From IMG/VR virus record IMGVR_UViG_3300048576_000035, positions 1 through 44,308 of that record: 44,308 bases of DNA; one strand, written 5' to 3'. Origin of the DNA: a virus (Duplodnaviria > Caudoviricetes). Shown here in pieces: positions 38,601 through 44,308 of the stretch; the first letter of the stretch is position 1; the number at the start of each line of letters is the position of its first letter. The notes under the pieces were generated by a model. It was not told the origin of the DNA, did no database searches, and saw only the letters and a program-made list of their open reading frames with translations. The position numbers and the translations under genes are program-made.

Positions 38601-38889
38601 GATTATACGGCTTTACGTTGCGGATGGTAGTAAGGATATTTTCCCGAAGGTGGCTCCAAAGACCTTGCAGTACCAATCCGAATCGATACAATTAACTCCT
38701 TCTGAAATTACACAATTCCAGCGCACGATGGGTAAATTGACAGAAGAAAAATTTGGTAATATAATGGAACAAAGTGGGTACGATAAAATGGCGGATAAAG
38801 TTAAGGTAATTCGATTAAAAGGCGCCATAGATTCAGCCTATGAAGTTGCAAAGCGGGAATTGTTGAAAGCGAGAGGATTGGTGAAATAA
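35677..38889 (+). CDS. Large (1070 aa) probable ejection / internal virion protein
   Basis: Largest ORF, last structural gene, helical; PFVKTPANIL and YYTYDWMQP motifs. Confidence 0.65.
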   Translation: MPTAAQLKEAFDYASSDPNNYFNMNDEGKKAFWQYGKDNGLISRGNLSTQAQTEWDKYSETPLDNSRYNIVGSNMIQRYKEDTPLKAAGKDIVNYGLGTVGRIFSAPQQAIMQADRAAVNAATGKPQDFSQMSFGRDILGAKEDNLLTMAASTVLDPTTYIGGGIIDDLTRAGMMGAGAKAGTAENLTASAARGQRATKGMQPAAQTATKEYLNAERMAAKKDAVQTPDVIYATDKGNVVSGQNVLALPEGKPSSVGAQVVKSERERLGIPQYAESAGKTDAPFNATKAEQEQATALARAIGMESNTVPFEKLVSENGVHVSTKAGEKVRQFGETALEASVGSPEYKAALKADMPTYTPISNKDTLQKAENIVNANEGVAKNIFSSAGKGGTTADDVALGEVLIKKAIESGDVKEANRLTVDLATKLTEAGQAVQAASIFKRMTPEGMLMYAQRTVGNVNRDLEKSLGKVAKKVELTPEESQFITDTMQKIQGMQDGRPKDIELAKVMQMIANKEPSGISDEILAAQRISLLLNPKSMIRNAVGNTIFGIIDNISNVVATPIDKLVGLKTGQRTTTLPDVAGQIKSGIQGAKEVIEDARLGIDTSPFRSQFELPSKQIFQGNGPLSKAMNVMDQTTRTGLKLGDTPFYKAAYDDVLRQQMKLANVAEPTTAMIEQAQKVAQQRTYQDVNSLTNAFKMAQRALNFGKPAGLGNVVLPFVKTPANILKRAIEYSPLGVEKAIREGYNLAKHTGKFSQKAFVDSIAKSVTGTAMIMVGYDLAKKGYITGQANKDRDIAAFEKNMGKSEYAFKFGDNYYTYDWMQPGSMALAIGADMYLSGKERKDAENVVVDAVKSGGQTLFKQSLLQGVQRFMGGYSPMDNLEETLANALSQLTPTLGKQIAQMTDSTQRTTADNSTVKSAVNNIKARIPGLSQTLEPKVDTFGNDMENYQGKNNIFNVMFNPGFSTEYKPTREQQEIIRLYVADGSKDIFPKVAPKTLQYQSESIQLTPSEITQFQRTMGKLTEEKFGNIMEQSGYDKMADKVKVIRLKGAIDSAYEVAKRELLKARGLVK

Positions 38890-39014
38890 TGTATATCGAT
38901 CTCAATTCTGTAGGTACACTTATTTTACTCGCCTGTATTTCTTATGGCGGATTCTATCTTTTTGCGAAAATTGATACGTGGTTAGAAAACAGAAGGGGAA
39001 GAAAGAAGGTGTAA
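38889..39014 (+). CDS. 41-aa single-pass membrane peptide, absent from the ORF track
   Basis: TAATG stop-start overlap; MYIDLNSVGTLILLACISYGGFYLFAKIDTWLENRRGRKKV. Confidence 0.55.
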   Translation: MYIDLNSVGTLILLACISYGGFYLFAKIDTWLENRRGRKKV

Positions 39015-39105
39015 CGTGCGATTCTGGCGGAACATCCTATTTCGTTACAAAGGACAAAATAAATTCATAAGGCTACTTAAAAATATATTTGTAGGTTAAT
39101 CAGAT

Positions 39106-39137
39106 AAGAGGACCGGGAGAAAATCCCCGGTCCTTTT
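39106..39137 (+). terminator. Intrinsic terminator before the lysis genes
   Basis: AGGACCGGGA-GAAAT-CCCCGGTCCT-TTT. Confidence 0.7.
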
Positions 39138-39169
39138 CTATGCGAATTTCTGTACAAAGGAGGTGCGAG

Positions 39170-39412
39170 ATGAATCTAAGCGAAGGAACAGTTTTCCAAA
39201 TCATTATGTATCTGATTACGGCAGCGGCTACAGCCGGAACTGTGCTGTGGCGTATCAAGGAACTGGAAAAAAAGGTCGAGAAGCACAATGGCCTGGTGGA
39301 AAGAATGGTGGTGGTCGAGCAGTCTACAAAATCCGCCCACCACAGGATAGACGAGATCAATGGGCCTGCTATCGACCTACGGGCGTTAATGATGGGAGGT
39401 AAAGAGAAATGA
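39170..39412 (+). CDS. XhlA-like / holin-associated membrane protein
   Basis: N-terminal hydrophobic helix, LEKKVEKHN, KSAHHRID. Confidence 0.7.
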   Translation: MNLSEGTVFQIIMYLITAAATAGTVLWRIKELEKKVEKHNGLVERMVVVEQSTKSAHHRIDEINGPAIDLRALMMGGKEK

Positions 39413-40002
39413 GCACTATTCAAAAGGCAATTGACTTCGCGGTATCAATCGCGAAGGACGACAGCCACGGATACGATCAGGGGAAACGTGACGGCAAACC
39501 TGATTATGATTGCTCCAGCCTCATGATTGCATCTTGGGAGAGCGCCGGTGTAAAGATCAAAGAAGCCGGGGCCACCTATACCGGCAACATGCGGCTGGCA
39601 TTTCTGAAGCGCGGATTCGAGGACGTATTCAGCAAGGTAAACGTCAAAACTGGGACCGGGCTTATGCCTGGGGATGTTCTCCTGCACGAGGGCAAGCACA
39701 CAGCAATGTACATAGGAAACGGACAGCTTGTTCATGCCGCGATTAACGAAAACGGAAAGATCGTCGGCGGGAAACCGGGGGACCAGACCGGTAAAGAAAT
39801 ATGGGTACGCTCGTACTATAACCATCCATGGAACTCCGTATTGCGTTACGTGGAGCCCAAAACAGCGCAGGAGATCGCTGTAGATTATGCGTTCGGTAAA
39901 ATACTCACTGACAAAGCAAAATGGCTTAAAAGGGCTATGACAGACGCAGAGATATATGCGCTGTTAAGTAACTTTAAAAAACATGATGAAGGGAGGAAAT
40001 GA
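39409..40002 (+). CDS. Endolysin, NlpC/P60 peptidase
   Basis: HGYDQ, DYDCSS (Cys), PGDVLL, HTAMYIGNG (His). Confidence 0.88.
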   Translation: MSTIQKAIDFAVSIAKDDSHGYDQGKRDGKPDYDCSSLMIASWESAGVKIKEAGATYTGNMRLAFLKRGFEDVFSKVNVKTGTGLMPGDVLLHEGKHTAMYIGNGQLVHAAINENGKIVGGKPGDQTGKEIWVRSYYNHPWNSVLRYVEPKTAQEIAVDYAFGKILTDKAKWLKRAMTDAEIYALLSNFKKHDEGRK

Positions 40003-40003
40003 T

Positions 40004-40183
40004 ATGCAGAGCAGATTTAGGTCATGGGCATTATGGCTTGCAGTAGCGGCACTGGTTGGTTTCGTAGCGAAGACGTATTTTAACTACGAAATACCGCAGT
40101 TTGACACCTTGGTAAACATGATTCTTGTAGTTCTTGCCGGATTTGGGATAATCAATAATCCGACAGACAAGCAGAACTTCTAA
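40004..40183 (+). CDS. Holin
   Basis: Two hydrophobic helices, RFRSWALW and GIINNPT motifs. Confidence 0.85.
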   Translation: MQSRFRSWALWLAVAALVGFVAKTYFNYEIPQFDTLVNMILVVLAGFGIINNPTDKQNF

Positions 40184-40287
40184 TGTGAGGTTATGGCCTG
40201 TCGTGATGATAGCCCCTCTATCCTCTCAATAATAGGGTTGGACAAAAACGTCCAGCCCTATATTTATTTTACGAGAGGAGATTTTAT

Positions 40288-40965
40288 ATGAATGAATTGG
40301 TAGTAATTAAAGGCAATGAACTTTTTACGGATAGTTTAGTGATATCGAACGAAACTGAATATGATCATCCGGTAATCCAAAGAAAAATTAGAGATTATAA
40401 AAATGAATTTGATCAACTCGGAAAGCTCGGTTTTCAGGACCGACCTTTGCCTAGCGGTCAGAAGCAAAGAGTATATATGCTAAATGAGCCTCAAGCCTCG
40501 TATCTTTTAACGCTTCTTGACAATAGGGATAAGGTAAGGTTTTTCAAACTTGCTCTTGTTAAAGAGTTCTATAGGATGCGCCGTTTCATTCTTGAACGTC
40601 AATCAGCCGAATGGCAACAGTCCAGATTGATCGGCAAGCAGACGCGCCACGATGAAACAGACATTATTCTAACGAAGCTCATACCACACGCAGAAAAGCA
40701 CGGAAGCAAGAACGCCGGAAGACTCTATTTGACATATTCTAAGCTTGTGAATGCAGTATTAGGGATAGAGGCGGGACAAAGGGACAATTTGCCAACATCA
40801 TATGTCGACGCAATACGTTTTCTGGAGAACGCCATAGGGAATATAATTTCGATCGAAGTTGACAAAGGCACCGAATACCACGAAATATATCAAATCTGCA
40901 AGGCCAAGTGCTTCATTATAAAAGACCTTGCGTTTTTGCCATCGATAAGGCTAATCGGGGCATAG
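40288..40965 (+). CDS. Second Rha family protein
   Basis: FTDSLVIS...YMLNEPQASYLLTLLDN...FKLALVKEFYRMR. Confidence 0.85.
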   Translation: MNELVVIKGNELFTDSLVISNETEYDHPVIQRKIRDYKNEFDQLGKLGFQDRPLPSGQKQRVYMLNEPQASYLLTLLDNRDKVRFFKLALVKEFYRMRRFILERQSAEWQQSRLIGKQTRHDETDIILTKLIPHAEKHGSKNAGRLYLTYSKLVNAVLGIEAGQRDNLPTSYVDAIRFLENAIGNIISIEVDKGTEYHEIYQICKAKCFIIKDLAFLPSIRLIGA

Positions 40966-41017
40966 GTCCTCCTCCCATATAATCCCCCTTGCCTTAATCG
41001 GTGGGGGATTATTCCCA

Positions 41018-41046
41018 TTTACAGAACATACGTTCTTTAATATAAT
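41018..41046 (+). promoter_or_regulatory. Promoter with a LexA (Cheo) box in the spacer
   Basis: TTTACA, 17 bp, TATAAT; GAACATACGTTC at 41024-41035. Confidence 0.85.
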
Positions 41047-41063
41047 GTATCTGAGGTGGGAAT

Positions 41064-41318
41064 ATGAAAGGCTACAGGACCCCTATAGATGTAATAGCAG
41101 TATTTGATCTGAAAGGCGAAATAACGCCGATCCGGATTAGATATCAAGACTGCGATGAAACGCTCGCATTTAATGTAGATAAGAGTGTAAATATTGATGA
41201 AGATAAACATAACCGAATACATATATTCCGTTGCCAAAGCCTTATAAAAGGAGAAATAAAGGTCTACGAAATCATGTTTAATGCCGACTCATGCAAGTGG
41301 TGTTTATATAAGATATGA
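41064..41318 (+). CDS. SOS-regulated small beta-rich protein
   Basis: PIDVIAVF..G.ITPIRIR...FRCQS...KWCL; GAGGTGG RBS; LexA box upstream. Confidence 0.75.
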   Translation: MKGYRTPIDVIAVFDLKGEITPIRIRYQDCDETLAFNVDKSVNIDEDKHNRIHIFRCQSLIKGEIKVYEIMFNADSCKWCLYKI

Positions 41319-41379
41319 GATTATTGTGTAGCCTTAACCCCAATATTTATGATGCTGTGTTCGAATGATATAGAGGGGT

Positions 41380-41601
41380 CTATTTATGTTTATACTCAAT
41401 AAGTTCATCCAGATCACATTGAAGGGCATCGCATATTTTAACCAGGTCTTTCAGATTAACCCTTTTGATAGAATTGTGCCAATACAAAATGAGTGTATTA
41501 TAAGAAACCCGGTCTTTTTCAGTTTTACCGGTTGCTTTCCACAAGTCTGCTATTTTCCAGTCCAATTCAGATGCGAGTTGCCTAACATTAATCCTAACCA
41601 T
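41380..41601 (-). CDS. Cro/CI-type HTH regulator, probably leaderless
   Basis: LVKICDALQCDLDELIEY; TGtTAAAAT 6 nt before ATG and no RBS. Confidence 0.85.
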   Translation of the reverse strand: MVRINVRQLASELDWKIADLWKATGKTEKDRVSYNTLILYWHNSIKRVNLKDLVKICDALQCDLDELIEYKHK

Positions 41602-41870
41602 AGGATAATTTTAACATGTTATCATTGCTATGGACAAAAATCTTAATCTATCGTTGAAAATATAAGATAGACGGAGTATACTTTACTTAATTATGTAAAC
41701 GAACTAAATAGGGATAAAGCCCTACACGGTTTTATAGGACTGTATTATCATCTTTTTCAATTGTTACAGCGCGGTAATAGTTTGGTGGTATAATTTTGCA
41801 TTATCGGTATTAAAACGGGCAAAATAATTATGTGACATTTCAATGTACTAAAAAATAAACATGCGAATAA

Positions 41871-41898
41871 TGTCGAAAATTACAAAATCTATGTCGAA
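41871..41898 (+). promoter_or_regulatory. Two Spo0A boxes upstream of the XRE gene
   Basis: TGTCGAA at 41871 and 41892, 21 bp apart; TATAAT at 41936. Confidence 0.6.
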
Positions 41899-41954
41899 GT
41901 TTGCAAAATGATGCTATAGCGTCCAAGATATGTATTATAATAGGAGGTAGGAGC

Positions 41955-42194
41955 GTGTTCAGTCCTGTTAATCTTAAGGAAATCCGAAAGTCAAAAGGTT
42001 ATACAGCCCAGGAATTAGCAGATATAAGCGGTGTAAGCAGGTCGTATATAAACGAAATAGAAAGGGGTGATAAATGCCCTACGGCAGATATACTTTGCCA
42101 CCTGTCCGCAGCTCTAGAGGTCGGCATAGACGACTTGATCAACTGCGAAGAGTGCAAGCGTAAAGCCAAACAATGGAAGGATGAAAATAAATGA
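41955..42194 (+). CDS. XRE family HTH regulator
   Basis: LKEIRKSKGYTAQELADISGVSRSYINEIERG; AGGAGGT RBS and GTG 41955. Confidence 0.88.
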   Translation: MFSPVNLKEIRKSKGYTAQELADISGVSRSYINEIERGDKCPTADILCHLSAALEVGIDDLINCEECKRKAKQWKDENK

Positions 42195-42204
42195 TACCTA
42201 GGGC

Positions 42205-42246
42205 TTGAACTCATAATCACACAGGCATATAATAGAACACATGTTC
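42205..42246 (+). promoter_or_regulatory. Promoter with a LexA box over the start site
   Basis: TTGAAC, 17 bp, TATAAT (42228-42233); GAACACATGTTC at 42235-42246. Confidence 0.85.
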
Positions 42247-42254
42247 GATACAAG

Positions 42255-42357
42255 AGATAAAATAAGAGGAAGTGCAATAGCCTGGCAGCCAACCACTTCC
42301 CCTTATTACCGCCCCATATCCCTGTGGAGGGAAAAGAAAGAGGGTGGTTTTACGTCA
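42255..42357 (-). ncRNA. Putative antisense RNA of about 100 nt
   Basis: Minus-strand TTGCAA, 16 bp, TGgTAAAAT promoter (42391-42364); two hairpins, the last followed by TTTT. Confidence 0.5.
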
Positions 42358-42454
42358 TAGTTGATTTTACCACAGTGGCGCACGATTGCAACAGGGAATT
42401 TATCCGCAGAGTGTAAATTTTGTGTGAACAACTTACGTTGTGGAGGGGAAATGT

Positions 42455-42583
42455 ATGAAGATGATGCCGAGGGAAGAGTACATAAAAAGGATCGAAACTA
42501 TTTTGAATACATTGTCATTAAAAAATCTACGAAGAATATTTATCTTGGCAGATGGTTTTTACAGGAACGACAATAAAAACTAA
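42455..42583 (+). CDS. 42-aa helical protein, candidate SOS-induced antirepressor
   Basis: GGAGGGG RBS 6 nt upstream; MKMMPREEYIKRIETILNTLSLKNLRRIFILADGFYRNDNKN. Confidence 0.55.
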   Translation: MKMMPREEYIKRIETILNTLSLKNLRRIFILADGFYRNDNKN

Positions 42584-42595
42584 CCTGTAACTAAC
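42578..42595 (+). repeat. Putative integrase arm-type sites (right)
   Basis: AACTAAC twice at an 11-bp period, as at 534-551. Confidence 0.65.
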
Positions 42596-42630
42596 AATAG
42601 CCTCTGCAATACCATTAAATAGACATCTTT

Positions 42631-42682
42631 CATTTGACTTTTAATCAAAGGGTCCCGCGTTCGAGTCGCGGATGGCTCACCA
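42631..42682 (+). repeat. attR core (duplicated 3' part of tRNA-Lys)
   Basis: Exact 52-bp copy of 399-450. Confidence 0.95.
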
Positions 42683-42720
42683 CAAAGAACCGCTTGTCTG
42701 TAAGGATGAGCGGTTCTTTG
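42683..42720. terminator. Hairpin downstream of attR
   Basis: CAAAGAACCGCT...AGCGGTTCTTTG. Confidence 0.7.
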
Positions 42721-42953
42721 CATTTGTTTTTGTTCATGTATATAAGTATAATTTGTGATAAAAAGTTGTGAAAATTGATGCGAAAGTTGTGGGAAAGTTG
42801 TGGTGGATCGAAGCGCTAATTTGAGTCCTTTAGATCAATAATTTTTGATTCCTTGTATAATGCATCGAGCTTTAAAACTGTTTTCTTTTTACGCTCACTC
42901 CGTATATCTTCGTTTCCAGTAAACCATTGACTGAGGAACGATGGTAGGTATTT

Positions 42954-43160
42954 CTATTTTCTTATTCTATCAAATTTGTTGATGCTTCCACAATGAGGGC
43001 AACGCCTGCCAGCACGTCCTAGATTTGTAAGATCACTATATTCTAAGATGTTATGGCACGTTCGACATTGGAAGCTATACTTCTTTGAGATATTTGAATA
43101 GTAAGCTACAAGAAAAATTATTAATACAAATACCATCAAGTATAGTATGGAATGGAACAT
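42954..43160 (-). CDS. Small membrane-anchored zinc-ribbon protein
   Basis: N-terminal hydrophobic helix, CRTC...CPHCGS; AGGT RBS. Confidence 0.65.
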   Translation of the reverse strand: MFHSILYLMVFVLIIFLVAYYSNISKKYSFQCRTCHNILEYSDLTNLGRAGRRCPHCGSINKFDRIRK

Positions 43161-43320
43161 ATAATCACTACCTTTCTTTTACAGTATACGGTGTGATTAG
43201 TTAATATGTATGAAGATACCCCCGGTCGAAATAAAAGGCGTTTTAATTCTGACCCTCTTGACTCGGCACCGGGTCGACAAGAGGGATTTTTTCAAATTTA
43301 CACGTGATGGGGGTGGTAGG

Positions 43321-43503
43321 ATGGCCGAAGACTATATGGACCTGTGGGTGACAAAGTGCCTACTGATCCAGGATATCCGGCAAAGGGGAGTCAATACCGT
43401 CTGGGATAACGGTGGCGGGCAGAAGGGCCGGAAGAAAAACGACTCCGTAGACCTGCTGATCAAGACCAATGCCCAGATGCTCAAACTGTTGGCCGATATG
43501 TAA
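43321..43503 (+). pseudogene. Fragment of a P27-family-like terminase small subunit from another phage
   Basis: EDYMDLW..K..LIQDIRQRGV...NGGGQKGRKKNDSV...NAQMLKLL; appears to lack both ends. Confidence 0.6.
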
Positions 43504-43642
43504 ATAAAAAATAATTATATTTAATTTAAAGCTTTAAAGGTAGCATCTATGTTGATACAATTAAAGAAATATTTTGAAGCTAATGTCATTTTCATAACAT
43601 ATAAAAACATGATGCACCATACCAAAAAGGAGGATTATAAAA

Positions 43643-44308
43643 ATGACTAAATCTAACATTACGCTGCGTCTTGAACGTCTCGATGATTACCGCTCTGTCG
43701 AAGAGTTGACACGTGAAGCTTTCTGGAAAAACAGTCGCCATATTTGTGATGAGCATCTGCTTGTTAAAAGGCTACGAGAGGTTTCGACGTTTGTGCCGGA
43801 ACTTGATTATGTGGCTGAGATGGACGGCAGGCTGGTAGGCCACATTATATATACTAGAAGCAGGATTGAGGATGTTTCGGGGATAACATATGAGACACTG
43901 ACATTTGGCCCCCTTAGCGTGATGCCTGGATACCAGAACGCTGGGGTGGGCAAGGCGCTCATGCTACATACGATTGATGAGGCCAGACGGCTTGGTTACC
44001 GTGCCATATTGATCTTCGGCCATCCGGATTATTACCCTCGTGTCGGATTTCGGCGCGCAGCCGAGTTTGGCATAACTACCGCCGATGGAAGGAACTTTGA
44101 TCCCTTCATGGCGTTGCCGCTATATGATGGCGCGCTTGACGGCATACATGGCCGGTATTTCATCGATCCTGTTTATGACAATCTGGATGAAAAGGATGTT
44201 TTAGAATTTGAAAAAGGGTTTCCACCAAAGGAGAAATTTGTCCCCGTTCCGATCTCCGTATTGCTTTGCCGCCTTGAACCTGATGCACAGAGGGCAATTG
44301 AGGGATTG
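43643..44308 (+). CDS. GNAT family N-acetyltransferase (runs off the window)
   Basis: AAGGAGG RBS; LTREAFW, FGPLSVMPGYQNAGVGKAL, GHPDYYPRVGF. Confidence 0.9.
   Translation, partial: MTKSNITLRLERLDDYRSVEELTREAFWKNSRHICDEHLLVKRLREVSTFVPELDYVAEMDGRLVGHIIYTRSRIEDVSGITYETLTFGPLSVMPGYQNAGVGKALMLHTIDEARRLGYRAILIFGHPDYYPRVGFRRAAEFGITTADGRNFDPFMALPLYDGALDGIHGRYFIDPVYDNLDEKDVLEFEKGFPPKEKFVPVPISVLLCRLEPDAQRAIEGL

Larger units (their letters stand above)
399..42682. mobile_element. Apparently complete temperate prophage (about 42.2 kb) with podovirus-type morphogenesis genes
   Basis: 52-bp att direct repeats, adjacent integrase, and immunity, replication, packaging, head, tail and lysis modules in order. 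Confidence 0.95.

Noticed and set aside
19273-38828. Many antisense and off-frame ORFs of 60-180 aa within structural genes
   Set aside because: Shadows of long coding regions with no RBS or motif, unlike the nested methyltransferase frame
42361-42576. 71-aa ORF in the track
   Set aside because: TTG start without an RBS; the alternative frame 42455-42583 has a well-spaced GGAGGGG and a more protein-like sequence
42631-42682. Possible second tRNA-Lys
   Set aside because: Lacks the 5' acceptor strand and D-arm; it is the att duplication
43210-43320. First 37 codons of the 97-aa track ORF
   Set aside because: Looks like noncoding cos-proximal DNA; terminase similarity and an RBS begin at 43321

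Overview
The window is almost entirely one apparently complete temperate prophage of about 42.2 kb in a Firmicute, probably clostridial. Strong Shine-Dalgarno sites, Gram-positive LexA boxes and Spo0A boxes support that host call. The phage is integrated in the 3' part of tRNA-Lys(TTT), between exact 52-bp direct repeats at 399-450 and 42631-42682. Gene order: tyrosine integrase and a short non-cleavable repressor; early operon (Rha, Xis-like, BRO, Gam, nucleotidyltransferase-like, ERF, NinB-like, initiator, DnaB, PAPS-reductase-like, C5 methyltransferase, RusA-like, late activator); packaging and head; an accessory island; podovirus-type tail and ejection genes (no tail tube, sheath or tape measure recognised); lysis; and a right-end regulatory cluster. 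The host flanks are a GH31-like 3' end, tRNA-Gln, a probable decayed second phage remnant and a GNAT gene. Most notable: (1) a LexA-boxed promoter, structured leader, convergent antisense RNA and unannotated 42-aa ORF next to attR, a candidate SOS antirepressor switch, with nearby Spo0A boxes and a distant copy of the repressor operator; (2) repeated exchangeable cassettes in the early operon; (3) a C5 methyltransferase with a second subunit nested in another frame; (4) a head-region island with a metallophosphoesterase fusion and an AT-rich HNH-like gene. All product calls come from reading motifs and context; no searches were run.
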